Source: Candidatus Aminicenantales bacterium
GTDB lineage: Bacteria; Acidobacteriota; Aminicenantia; Aminicenantales; UBA4085
NCBI GenBank assembly: GCA_049697115.1
Contig: JBAVVD010000048.1
Coordinates: 18,151 to 82,150 of the forward strand
Direction of reading: 5' to 3'
Length of the DNA stretch: 64,000 nt
Of this stretch, positions 1 through 9,682 are shown in pieces. A model generated the notes under the pieces. That model was not told where the DNA came from and made no database searches. It saw only the letters and a list, made by a program, of their open reading frames with translations. Position 1 is the stretch's first letter; each line of letters starts with the position of its first letter. A program made the position numbers and the translations under genes.

Positions 1-492
1 CGTTCCAAGAAAATCTGGGAGCTGGCCAAAAAAAAACTCCTGCTTCTCCCCCAGAAAATACTCAGGCAGGAACAGGCATTCGAAAGGGCTCTCAAAATCG
101 AGGAAAAGACCATCCGGATCTATCACGGCGGGCATCTGGAAGAAAAACGAATAAAGCATAAATTCTATTTTTTCCTCCAGCGGCAGAGGACAAAGCATAT
201 ATTCCTCCTCGTCGGAGAAACGCTGTTCCTTCCGGTCAGCGGGCTCGCCGCTCTCCTCCCGGGCCCCAACGTTTTTTTCGGAGCCCTGGCTCTCCTGATG
301 CTCACCCACTGGAAAACCCTTCGGGGGATCAACCGCATTCTCAGGAAAAAACCGGAATTTGCCGTTTCCGCCCGATTCGCCGAATGGGAGAACGCGGTTG
401 AATCCAAAAACGAAAATGCGTTCACAGAGATTCTGGGCCACATTGAGAAAGAGCACCGCCTGGAAAACATTCATAAAGTCCTGTGGAAATAA
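1..492 (+). CDS. hypothetical protein, C-terminal part; the reading frame is open from the window edge
   Basis: Frame 1 has no stop from position 1 to the TAA at 490-492. The hydrophobic stretch LLVGETLFLPVSGLAALLPGPNVFFGALALLML suggests a membrane protein. I did not recognise a family. Confidence 0.35.
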   Translation, partial: RSKKIWELAKKKLLLLPQKILRQEQAFERALKIEEKTIRIYHGGHLEEKRIKHKFYFFLQRQRTKHIFLLVGETLFLPVSGLAALLPGPNVFFGALALLMLTHWKTLRGINRILRKKPEFAVSARFAEWENAVESKNENAFTEILGHIEKEHRLENIHKVLWK

Positions 493-541
493 ATCCAACC
501 AATTTGACAAATATCGCTTTTTCCTTTATTTTTAGAACGTT

Positions 542-913
542 ATGCCGCTAACTCTTAATCAAGTCCTGGTTCTCATCATTTCCATTGTCTCTGTCGTTGC
601 CCTCGCTTTTTTGATCCGGCTCTTTATTCAGCTCCGCCAGACGGCAATGGAAGCAGAAAGGACCTTAGCCGAAATCGGAAAACTGGCCAAAGATTTAAGA
701 GAGCTCGACCAGCTTGTCAAAGAAAAAATTGGTGAATTAAGCCAAACCATCGAGGCATCCAAGAAAGCCGCCGCGCATATCTCTGAAGCCTCGTTACTGG
801 TCACGACGAAGATTCTGAAGCCCTCCTCCAACTATCTCCCTCTTCTGATGCCCATCGCTCGGTTTTTTTGGCGGCAATGGAAAAAACGAAAGGAGAAAAA
901 ACATGGGAAATGA
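542..913 (+). CDS. DUF948-family membrane protein (YtxG-like)
   Basis: The product is 123 aa with a single N-terminal TM helix (VLVLIISIVSVVALAFLI) followed by a coiled-coil-like region. It sits directly upstream of a YtxH-like gene, as in the Bacillus ytxG-ytxH pair. Confidence 0.5.
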   Translation: MPLTLNQVLVLIISIVSVVALAFLIRLFIQLRQTAMEAERTLAEIGKLAKDLRELDQLVKEKIGELSQTIEASKKAAAHISEASLLVTTKILKPSSNYLPLLMPIARFFWRQWKKRKEKKHGK

Positions 914-1226
914 AAAAAACTCCTGCGCTTTTGAAGCGACCGTATCTTTTCTTCTCGGGGCCGCCACAGGATTTGTCCTGGGAATTCTCTTTGCTCCGGC
1001 CAGCGGAAAAGAGACCCGGAAAAAAATCAAGGAAGAGGTGGAAAAATCCGGCGATAAGGCCAAAGAGGGTTTTGAAAAAATCGCGAAAGAGGCGGAAAAA
1101 GGAATCCGTGTCGTCAAAGAAAAAACCCAGGAAGGAATGGATGCCATCAGGGACTTCATCGAAAAAAAGAAAGAAGAATTTTTAAAAAAGTCTCCGGAAG
1201 ATTTCCCGGAAGAAGAAATTAAATAA
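903..1226 (+). CDS. YtxH-like protein
   Basis: The N-terminus SFLLGAATGFVLGILFAPASGKETRKK matches the YtxH family signature. The C-terminus is charged and helical. Confidence 0.6.
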   Translation: MGNEKNSCAFEATVSFLLGAATGFVLGILFAPASGKETRKKIKEEVEKSGDKAKEGFEKIAKEAEKGIRVVKEKTQEGMDAIRDFIEKKKEEFLKKSPEDFPEEEIK

Positions 1227-1261
1227 AAAAACATCCGAATCCTTCTTTACAAAAAGTGTGA

Positions 1262-2563
<1,302 letters not shown>

Positions 2564-2575
2564 ATAAAGCAGGCC

Positions 2576-4180
2576 ATGGAAGAGGATCGGGAAAATAAAA
2601 GACACCTCACTCCGTCGGATATTGAAATCGAAAACCTCTACTCAGCCGCAGACCTGAAGGATTTTAATCCTGCCGAAAAACTGGGAAAACCGGGCGAATT
2701 TCCTTTCACCAGGGGCATCTATCCGACCATGTACCGTGGAAAATTGTGGACGATGCGCCAGTATGCCGGCTTCGGCACAGCCGAGGAATCCAATCAAAGA
2801 TACCGCTTCCTCCTCTCCCAGGGACAGACGGGATTGAGCGTCGCCTTTGACCTGCCAACCCAGCTCGGCCTGGACTCCGATTCGCCTCTCGCCAGGGGCG
2901 AGGTGGGGAAAGTGGGAGTCGCCGTCGACTCCCTCGACGATATGGCCGCTCTCTTCAGTCATATTCCCCTGGACAAAGTCAGCGTCTCGATGACCATCAA
3001 TGCCACGGCCGCCATCATTCTCGCCATGTATCTTGCCCTGGCTGAAAAGAAAGGCGTTCGGTGGCCGGCTCTTTCCGGAACGATCCAGAATGACATCCTC
3101 AAGGAATATATCGCACGCGGCACTTATATTTTTCCTCCGCAGGCCTCTCTCCGACTCATCATCGACAGTATTTCCTTCTGTCAGAGGCACGTTCCCCGCT
3201 GGAATACGATGAGCATCAGCGGCTACCACATCCGTGAAGCCGGCGCAACGGCCGTCCAGGAGCTGGCCTTCACCTTTGCCAACGCGATTGCCTATCTGGA
3301 GGCCCTGATCGCGGCGGGGCTGGATGTGGATTCTTTTGCCCCGAGGCTTTCCTTTTTTCTGGCCGCCCACAACAATTTCCTTGAGGAGATTGCCAAATTC
3401 CGAGCGGCCCGCCGCATCTGGGCGAATCTCGTTAGGGACTGGTTTAAAGCCAAAAATCCCCTTTCCTGGAAATTCAGGTTCCACACGCAGACGAGCGGGG
3501 CCACACTCCTCGCCCAGCAGCCGGAAAACAACGTCACGCGGGTTACGCTCCAGGCCCTGGCCTCGGTTCTCGGAGGCACGCAATCTCTCCACACCAATTC
3601 CCGGGACGAAGCCCTAGCCCTTCCCAGTGAAGAATCCGCTCAGATTGCCCTGCGGACCCAGCAGATCATCGCCCATGAAAGCGGCGTGACGAATACCGTG
3701 GATCCGGTCGGGGGCTCTTATTTCGTCGAATGTCTGACGGACGAAATCGAAAAAAGAGTGGACATTTATCTGAAGAAAATCAAAGACATGGGCGGCATGC
3801 TCACAGCCATTGAATCCGGATTCATCCAGAAGGAAATCCAGGAAAGCGCCTATCTGTTCCAAAAGGAGATTGAGCGAAAAGAGCGGATCGTCGTCGGGCT
3901 CAATGAATACAGGAAAGAGGATGAAGCTCTCAGCTTTGAAATATATCATCCACCGAAAGAACTGGAGAAAGCCCAGGTTGAAAAATTACAGCACCTTAAA
4001 CAAAAGAGGTCGAAACATCAGGTTGAGCGGCGGCTCCAGGCACTGAAAGAGGCCATCCCCACGCAAAAAAATCTCATGCCGCCGATCATCGAGGCGGTCA
4101 AAGCGAAAGCGACTCTCGGCGAGATCACTTCCGTCCTCAAAGAAGCCTACGGCGAATACCAGGAAGACGTTTCCCTCTGA
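2576..4180 (+). CDS. methylmalonyl-CoA / acyl-CoA mutase family, large catalytic subunit without the B12-binding domain
   Basis: The 534-aa product contains [37 protein letters not shown], typical of the mutase N-terminal (substrate-binding) domain. No C-terminal cobalamin-binding domain is present in the ORF. Confidence 0.85.
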   Translation: MEEDRENKRHLTPSDIEIENLYSAADLKDFNPAEKLGKPGEFPFTRGIYPTMYRGKLWTMRQYAGFGTAEESNQRYRFLLSQGQTGLSVAFDLPTQLGLDSDSPLARGEVGKVGVAVDSLDDMAALFSHIPLDKVSVSMTINATAAIILAMYLALAEKKGVRWPALSGTIQNDILKEYIARGTYIFPPQASLRLIIDSISFCQRHVPRWNTMSISGYHIREAGATAVQELAFTFANAIAYLEALIAAGLDVDSFAPRLSFFLAAHNNFLEEIAKFRAARRIWANLVRDWFKAKNPLSWKFRFHTQTSGATLLAQQPENNVTRVTLQALASVLGGTQSLHTNSRDEALALPSEESAQIALRTQQIIAHESGVTNTVDPVGGSYFVECLTDEIEKRVDIYLKKIKDMGGMLTAIESGFIQKEIQESAYLFQKEIERKERIVVGLNEYRKEDEALSFEIYHPPKELEKAQVEKLQHLKQKRSKHQVERRLQALKEAIPTQKNLMPPIIEAVKAKATLGEITSVLKEAYGEYQEDVSL

Positions 4181-4226
4181 ATCCTGATCTGGATCATTCG
4201 GCGCAATTTGATGAATATCTAAGAAA

Positions 4227-5402
4227 CTATTCACTCCCATAGGGATGGACCACCAAGATTTCCACTCCTTTTTCGGCCGGTAAAATCGCCGCGCTGCCCA
4301 AAACCTCTGTGTAGGCTAAAAAGTCGACCGGTGCTCCAAAGCCAAAATCAAGATCTCGAATGGGTAAACGGGTTAAGTTGGTCACGATGATGCCGTGATG
4401 GGGATGTCTCAGATGGATTTCTTCGATGGCCGCCAGGCCTTTTTGCTGACGAAGATTCTCAAGCGTCTTTAATGAATTAAAAATAGTGTCATTTTTGATC
4501 TTTCCGACTGAAGACCGGACCAGAACGGCCAGGTCTCCCAGAGAGGCCCCTAAAAGGCCGTTGAAATCCACAGATGCCGTTGCAAAACAGAGCGCACAGC
4601 CGAAATAATTTTTTGGGAATCCGTCCAGGGCTTTTCGAAAATCAAATGGACAGGTGACAAATGTTTCAGGATTATCGTTATCTTTTTTCCACATCGGAAT
4701 ATATTTTTTCCAGAGCCAGGCCGTAATCACATCATTTTCCGAGAAAGGGACATTGTGCTCTTTTCTGGCTTCTTCCAGATAGGAACTGATCGTTTCCTCT
4801 GAAATTAAAATGCGTTCTTCATGAACAGGTTCATCCGGCGCTTGACTGCGCTTGCCCCCATAGAAAAGCCCGCATTCGGTATAAATGGCGTCCGGCGTAA
4901 CCGGCGCGGCACCCCGGAGCAAGTCCGACGACCACATGTCCCGCTGAAAACTGGGTTCCATTATGCGGTCCCCCCTGCACACGCGTGCCCAGCTTGAGAG
5001 AAAATGAAAATAACTGAAACCATCCGCTAATGCGTGCGACAGACTCACCGCCAAAACGGATCCATTGGGAGTTTGGGTTAACGCTATTTTTGTGAGGGGC
5101 TTTCCTTCGACAGAGCTTACAGGCGTGATGTATTCCTCAATCCTCCCGGGCTTTTCAAAAGCGGAATTGGATTCTCTCACATCAAATGTCAATCCATCTT
5201 CGGCCACATGAAATTCATAATCCTTTTCGGAAATTCTTTTTAATTGGCTCCGCAATAGAGGGAAATCATCAAGAACCTTATTCAGGCTGTTCCGCAGCAT
5301 ATCCGGATCAAGCCTGTTGAGATATAAAAAAGCAAACGTTATCGGCTGAGATCCAACCCCCGTAAAAACATATTCCACCGGACTGAGCGGAAGCGTCATC
5401 AT
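4227..5402 (-). CDS. HxxxDG-motif acyltransferase (condensation-domain / WS-DGAT / PapA5-like)
   Basis: The 391-aa product has the motif SHALADGFS (HxxxDG) at the position expected for CAT-like condensation-fold acyltransferases. The family assignment is tentative. Confidence 0.45.
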   Translation of the reverse strand: MMTLPLSPVEYVFTGVGSQPITFAFLYLNRLDPDMLRNSLNKVLDDFPLLRSQLKRISEKDYEFHVAEDGLTFDVRESNSAFEKPGRIEEYITPVSSVEGKPLTKIALTQTPNGSVLAVSLSHALADGFSYFHFLSSWARVCRGDRIMEPSFQRDMWSSDLLRGAAPVTPDAIYTECGLFYGGKRSQAPDEPVHEERILISEETISSYLEEARKEHNVPFSENDVITAWLWKKYIPMWKKDNDNPETFVTCPFDFRKALDGFPKNYFGCALCFATASVDFNGLLGASLGDLAVLVRSSVGKIKNDTIFNSLKTLENLRQQKGLAAIEEIHLRHPHHGIIVTNLTRLPIRDLDFGFGAPVDFLAYTEVLGSAAILPAEKGVEILVVHPYGSE

Positions 5403-5495
5403 CGTCCTGCCCTCTCATCATAAGAATATTTTGTAATTCCGTCTACATAATTTTAATACTACGCCTAATAACAGTTACATTTCTTAAGATGATAC

Positions 5496-5524
5496 TTGAC
5501 TATCCATAATCGATTGTATACACT
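5496..5524 (+). promoter_or_regulatory. sigma-70-like promoter of the RelE/RHH TA module
   Basis: TTGACT (5496-5501), a 17-nt spacer, then TACACT (5519-5524). An AAGAGG RBS sits 7 nt upstream of the ATG at 5553. Confidence 0.45.
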
Positions 5525-5552
5525 GTATTACAATGTCATTAAGAGGTGCTTT

Positions 5553-5771
5553 ATGAATACAGTAATTTCAGTCAGGCTTCCCAAAGAACTTGCCGAACAA
5601 CTCGACAATATAGCCAGGGAAACAGAGAGACCACGCTCTTTCATCATACAAAAAGCCTTAGAGTCCTACATCGAAGATTTCGCGGATCTTCAGGTGGCAC
5701 TCGACCGTCTCCACGATAAAAGTGATCCTATCATTTCCGGCAAAGAGCTGAGGAAATCTCTTGGTCTATAA
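5553..5771 (+). CDS. ribbon-helix-helix (CopG/RelB-like) antitoxin
   Basis: The product begins MNTVISVRLPKELAEQLDNIARETERPRSFIIQKALESYIE, an RHH fold signature. It overlaps the downstream RelE-like gene by 11 nt. The listed ORF starts at 5496, but the RBS-supported start is 5553. Confidence 0.7.
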   Translation: MNTVISVRLPKELAEQLDNIARETERPRSFIIQKALESYIEDFADLQVALDRLHDKSDPIISGKELRKSLGL

Positions 5772-6021
5772 TATTGTCTACAAGAAATCAGTCCAACGCG
5801 ATCTCAAAAAGCTGTCAAAATCAGAGGCTAATCGTATTCTCGATCAAATAGAACAGGAGCTTTCAAAGAAACCGGAGTCAAATCCAGCCCTCAAAGGTCA
5901 ATTTGCCGGGCTTCGCAAATTTCGAGTTGGGGAATACAGGGTTATCTACGCATTATTGAGAACAGATGTTCTTATCCTGAGAGTCGGACATCAAAAGAAT
6001 ATCTATAAAAGCGAAATCTAA
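5761..6021 (+). CDS. RelE/ParE-family type II toxin
   Basis: The 86-aa product contains VQRDLKKL...GEYRVIYALLRTDVLILRVGHQKNIY, a RelE/StbE pattern. It is translationally coupled to the upstream RHH antitoxin. Confidence 0.8.
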   Translation: MVYNIVYKKSVQRDLKKLSKSEANRILDQIEQELSKKPESNPALKGQFAGLRKFRVGEYRVIYALLRTDVLILRVGHQKNIYKSEI

Positions 6022-6102
6022 CGCCGGGCATAACCGGTTTTAAAATGCGGGGGCATGAAATGCCGAAGCATTTTAAAATCCGTGTTAATGCCTTTGTTAG
6101 AC
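6016..6102. other. attC-like recombination site (imperfect palindrome)
   Basis: The site reads ATCTAAC(G)...cggttttaaaatgcg...cgaagcattttaaaatccg...GTTAGAC. The R''-like 7-mer is at 6016-6022 and the R'-like GTTAGAC at 6096-6102. It overlaps the RelE stop codon. Confidence 0.5.
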
Positions 6103-6194
6103 CTGTTTTTTGCATTTTATGATACCAAGCCATGTATTAACTGGATCTATATACAGCTCATCACCAAAACCCAGTTCAGCTCTTACAAGTTGCC

Positions 6195-6644
6195 TCAGGT
6201 TATTAGAGCAACTATAGGATTATCCGTATTGCCTGTCACTATCTCCAAGAAACATTTGATTATCTCATTATTATCTATCGTAATTAACAATTCATTATGG
6301 CATTGGCGGGCCTCAACTTCGGTGGTATACTGCTTGTCAATATTTACAGGCCTTCCGTCATTATCTTTGTTTATGATATGATTAAATTGTGCGTCTACAA
6401 TCGTAAGCAGTTTCATACAAGCGTTATATTTTAACTCATATTTTTTCTCGTTAATACGATCAAGTTTGTTTAAATCTATTTTTACAGATTCGACCTTCTG
6501 AGTAATATCCCTTATGTCTTCCTTGGTAGCAAGATTTTCTCCTTTTTTCTTTAGATAACTTGTAAGTGCATTCTTAATCAGTAAGGTTGCTATCCATATT
6601 CCGATGACTATTACTATGTTCAATATCAAAATAATGTAGTCCAT
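6195..6644 (-). CDS. hypothetical membrane-anchored protein (AT-rich cassette ORF)
   Basis: The ORF is open to 6689, but the internal Met (MDYIILILNIVIVIGIWIATLLI, TM helix) avoids overlap with the attC-like site at 6660-6748. I did not recognise a family. Confidence 0.35.
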   Translation of the reverse strand: MDYIILILNIVIVIGIWIATLLIKNALTSYLKKKGENLATKEDIRDITQKVESVKIDLNKLDRINEKKYELKYNACMKLLTIVDAQFNHIINKDNDGRPVNIDKQYTTEVEARQCHNELLITIDNNEIIKCFLEIVTGNTDNPIVALIT

Positions 6645-6659
6645 ATATTCTCCTTGAAG

Positions 6660-6748
6660 GTCTAACGTAAAACTAAGCCGCCCCGCCACAGACCTTTGCC
6701 AAAAACAAACCAGCTTTATTCCGGGTTGGCTTGAGTGATTCGTTAGAT
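6660..6748. other. attC-like site
   Basis: GTCTAAC (6660-6666) pairs with GTTAGAT (6742-6748). The outer stems are cTAACGtaaaACTaAGCC and GGCTtgAGTgattCGTTAG, around a variable centre. Confidence 0.5.
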
Positions 6749-6760
6749 TAGCAGTTCATT

Positions 6761-7213
6761 TTAACAGAAGCCATTTTTTTCTAAGAATTTGATGCCCTTT
6801 TTCAGAGCTTCTTTATATGCATTGCTTTTCCACCAGTTACCATGGCTGTGAATAAGACCGTTTCTCTTTGCATTGAAGTTATTTAGATTACTGTAATCGT
6901 CATAGTTTATTGCGCCCAAGAAATGAGACCATTTGATAAGTTTGTAAGTAGACGTATTAGCTTTGTCTTTTCCATTTTTGCTATTCTCAATTTTGGCCCT
7001 GACCTCAGTTTCTTTTTGATCTTTAAAGGTCTTAACTATTTTATCCCACAATATAGTTTCGATAGCGAGTTGAGCATGCACGAATGCTTCAATAGTTTGA
7101 TTTTTTTTCATCATGTCTCTTATAGCATTGGCGCATTTGTATCTAACGACTTGCAATCTCTCGCCGCCCTCAGCTAAATCAGAAACAGCCATGTCTCTTT
7201 TCTTCTTGTTCAT
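6761..7213 (-). CDS. hypothetical protein with RNxxxH (HEPN-like Rx4-6H) motif
   Basis: The 150-aa, AT-rich product contains the C-terminal motif AKRNGLIHSHG. It is bounded by attC-like sites on both sides. Confidence 0.45.
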   Translation of the reverse strand: MNKKKRDMAVSDLAEGGERLQVVRYKCANAIRDMMKKNQTIEAFVHAQLAIETILWDKIVKTFKDQKETEVRAKIENSKNGKDKANTSTYKLIKWSHFLGAINYDDYSNLNNFNAKRNGLIHSHGNWWKSNAYKEALKKGIKFLEKNGFC

Positions 7214-7225
7214 GTCATTTTTTCA

Positions 7226-7282
7226 ATCTAATGTGCTGATCAGCGGCGGCTGTAAGCCGTCCGCTGGATTAGCTTGTTGGGT
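7226..7282. other. attC-like site
   Basis: The site reads CTAATG...ctgatcagcggcggc tgtaa gccgtccgctgg...ATTAGc ttGTTGGGT. The GTTGGGT core is at 7276-7282. Its stem sequence is related to the sites at 8471 and 11457. Confidence 0.45.
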
Positions 7283-7285
7283 CTG

Positions 7286-7771
7286 TTACTCGTTGTATCC
7301 GGCCTGTTCTAACCTCCTGAGTAAAAGAGACGCGAGTGAGAGGTGATCCAAACATTGATCCGGCGAGTCGCTTATGGAGTATTCATGACCCCTCGGATTG
7401 CGAATTGCCAACATGGCACCCGCGAAAACGAACTGGAAGCCTCTCTGTTCGTCTTGTTCACTTGTCGTGATGTTTGCATTGAGCACCACGCTTGGGGACT
7501 TTCCTCCGAATGCCTGCATCATGAGCTTGAAACCTGCTTCAGTTGAGGCCACAATCTTCTGAATTAGTTTGTCCAGATACTTGAATGCTTCGAATGTTGC
7601 CTGTGAGTAGTGGCCGTTGTCGAATAGTGTTCGGACGATTTGTGGCAATGAATCATGGATATCCCTCTGCTCAAAGGGGTGTTGTATCCCGAGATCGCGC
7701 GCTTCAACTTGAGTAAAACGATATGCTTGGCGGGCAATCCGCTCAAATCGATTCAGACGTGCGTCAGCCAT
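7286..7771 (-). CDS. Abi_C / TIGR02391-like protein (HEPN-like, RNxxxH)
   Basis: The 161-aa product contains GAMLAIRNPRGHE (R-x4-H). It overlaps the upstream gene by 8 nt, so the two form a two-gene cassette. Confidence 0.55.
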   Translation of the reverse strand: MADARLNRFERIARQAYRFTQVEARDLGIQHPFEQRDIHDSLPQIVRTLFDNGHYSQATFEAFKYLDKLIQKIVASTEAGFKLMMQAFGGKSPSVVLNANITTSEQDEQRGFQFVFAGAMLAIRNPRGHEYSISDSPDQCLDHLSLASLLLRRLEQAGYNE

Positions 7772-8444
7772 TCAGGAGATTCTCTCTTATGCTTTTGAAG
7801 ATGCGATCGTAGGTCTCTTGTGTTCCCTCGGCTGGCAGATTGATCTCAATACGCACCGTTAGCCCAACGTCGCGAACCTTCAGACCTCCATTAACACCTG
7901 TCTTTGGTTCTGATTTTTCCTTTGCCTTTGTGACCTCCAGAGGAGTCGCTTTTGCCTGCTTCTTCTTTGGCTTTTTGTCGGCGTCGGTTTTGGATGTGCC
8001 TTTGGCTTCTGGTAACTCATGATGTCCTGACAGGCCGCTCAACGTTAGAAAGGTGTTCGCTTGCCGCTTGCCAACGATAGCACTTGATTGGTCGTTCTGT
8101 CGGAAGAAAGTGATGAGTTGGGATGAATTAAGACCCCAGGTCTTCTCACCGTGGAGCGCAAAGAGCTCCTTGTAGCCCGTTGTTACAAGCTGCGCAAAAG
8201 CTTTCTGGAAGTCTTTATCCTGATGCAGAGAAAATATTTTGCCTGCAGCTTCCGTTTTGCCGCCATCCTTGTCGATGAGGCCAAGGAACCGAAGTGTACT
8301 GATTATGTATGTTTCATTCTTTGGGGCGTAGCCCAACTTCTTCAACGTGTCTGCCGTTAATGATGCCGGAAATGAGCTACGGAGATGGTTTATCACCTGG
8401 ATCAAACCACCAGCGCTTGTTATGTACGGATGTTTGTCCGCCAT
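7764..8444 (-). CDS. hypothetical protein, partner of the Abi_C-like gene (Lys-rich linker; possibly DUF5343-like)
   Basis: The 226-aa product has a lysine-rich low-complexity linker (KKPKKKQAKATPLEVTKAKEK) between two globular parts. It is co-oriented with and overlaps 7286..7771. Confidence 0.45.
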   Translation of the reverse strand: MADKHPYITSAGGLIQVINHLRSSFPASLTADTLKKLGYAPKNETYIISTLRFLGLIDKDGGKTEAAGKIFSLHQDKDFQKAFAQLVTTGYKELFALHGEKTWGLNSSQLITFFRQNDQSSAIVGKRQANTFLTLSGLSGHHELPEAKGTSKTDADKKPKKKQAKATPLEVTKAKEKSEPKTGVNGGLKVRDVGLTVRIEINLPAEGTQETYDRIFKSIRENLLNG

Positions 8445-8470
8445 GTCATCTTCCTCCTTCTTTCTTTTTG

Positions 8471-8531
8471 ACCTAACGTTCCGGTTCAGCGGCAGCGCTT
8501 CCGCGCCGTCTGCTGAAACCGATTGTTAGGC
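8471..8531. other. attC-like site
   Basis: ACCTAACG (8471-8478)...ggttcagcggcagcgc ttcc gcgccgtctgctgaaacc...GTTAGGC (8525-8531), about 61 bp, the classic 59-be size. It overlaps the 3' end of the DUF4365 ORF. Confidence 0.6.
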
Positions 8532-9445
8532 TTCGATATCAAATAGCTCTTTGAAAGGAATGAAATCATGTGCAGCGCTGCCTCAATCTGCTGGCGTCGA
8601 ACCAGTGGCAGCGCCTCTGCGGCGAAGGTTACCTCGATGCCCGCAAACTCGTATCCAGCAGGCAGTTCACGAAGCTTCGGATATGCCATGCAGGCGTGCG
8701 CCTCGAAGGCGGCGAGCCAGGCCCCAATCTCTTTGTGCGCATCGCTGCCGCTAGCCAACAATGAATGCAGTGAGCGTACAGCGGCGAGAGCGTCTCTATA
8801 CTGACACTGCTCGTGCAGCACGAAGAACAGCGCGTCGTGATCTCTGCGAAGCAGGTCAGCAGCATTGGGTTGATTCGGCGCATGGTCGAGTGCCACAAGA
8901 TTCTGCACAGCAACCGCAAGTGCCTCGACAGTGGGAATCAACCTTGCAGCCGAACGGGCCGCATCCAGCGCGGCCCTTAGATTACCATAGTGTCGCTTGA
9001 GGCTATCTTTGATCGCGTCCCATCCTTTCGCGTCAAGCACATTCTGCACTGGGATGCGGATAGACAACGTCTGACTGGCGCAGCTAATCACCTCAGCTGG
9101 TGATGCGAATAGGTCGAGATGCCACGAATACCAAGCACGTCCGTATCCGATGTCTACTGCGATAACAAGCGTAGGCTGGGGCGAAGCAAACCAATAGAAG
9201 ACGGATGAACGAGGTATGCCAGACTTGATAACCCAGCCATCGCGAATCGTTGGATTCTCGGTTGTCTTTACCTGCACCGAGAACTCAGTATTGTGCAATG
9301 GCGAGTGATCGCGAATAACAACCAAACCGTCCTTGCCCACATCACGGCGAGGGGGCTGCCATATCCAGCCTACTGGAAGCTGAGACGCGAACCAGAACTC
9401 CCCTTGGTCGCCGACAGCCCAGTTGCTTTGTCGTTTCGATTCCAT
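8486..9445 (-). CDS. DUF4365-like (PD-(D/E)xK nuclease-like) protein
   Basis: The N-terminal AVGDQGEFWFASQLPVGWIWQPPRRDVGKDGLVVI resembles the DUF4365 GE...GW...D.GiD signature. The gene is roughly 60% GC, far above its neighbours, which indicates foreign origin. Its start codon is only 13 nt from the core site at 9459-9465. Confidence 0.55.
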   Translation of the reverse strand: MESKRQSNWAVGDQGEFWFASQLPVGWIWQPPRRDVGKDGLVVIRDHSPLHNTEFSVQVKTTENPTIRDGWVIKSGIPRSSVFYWFASPQPTLVIAVDIGYGRAWYSWHLDLFASPAEVISCASQTLSIRIPVQNVLDAKGWDAIKDSLKRHYGNLRAALDAARSAARLIPTVEALAVAVQNLVALDHAPNQPNAADLLRRDHDALFFVLHEQCQYRDALAAVRSLHSLLASGSDAHKEIGAWLAAFEAHACMAYPKLRELPAGYEFAGIEVTFAAEALPLVRRQQIEAALHMISFLSKSYLISKPNNRFQQTARKRCR

Positions 9446-9458
9446 CGCTAGTTCGTAA

Positions 9459-9610
9459 GCCTAACTATTAATATACCGCATGCTGTATTTGATACAGATC
9501 TCCCTTCATTGACGTCGTATATTATGTGATTCCATCAAATATCCCCGCAAAGTTGCAGTATTATTTTAAAATTAACCATATTAAATTGCAAGTTGTATAT
9601 TTTACGACGG
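9459..9610 (+). repeat. attI-like/platform repeat copy A (about 150 bp, AT-rich)
   Basis: Copy A begins at the core GCCTAAC (9459-9465). It is about 80% identical to the reverse complement of 10435-10592 (copy B) and shares its first 50 bp with copy C at 19286. It contains a TTGCAA-N17-TAAAAT promoter on the minus strand. Confidence 0.7.
9563..9591 (-). promoter_or_regulatory. outward-facing sigma-70-like promoter inside repeat A (candidate cassette promoter)
   Basis: On the minus strand: TTGCAA (9586-9591), a 17-nt spacer, then TAAAAT (9563-9568). It reads toward the DUF4365 cassette run. Confidence 0.45.
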
Positions 9611-9682
9611 AATTATCCAGCCCGAAAGAGTTGCTTGAACAATAATCAAAAAAACCTCATCGAGTTTGAAGATTTTATAAAG

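Noticed and set aside
165-470. 101-aa minus-strand ORF at the window start
   Set aside because: It lies antisense to a longer plus-strand frame that is open from position 1 to 492. The translation is Arg/Ser-rich with no recognisable domain, so it is most likely a shadow ORF.
6055-6381. 108-aa plus-strand ORF in the AT-rich region
   Set aside because: It overlaps the attC-like site at 6016-6102 and the minus-strand ORF at 6195-6644. The translation is hydrophobic and low-complexity with no RBS, so it is probably spurious.
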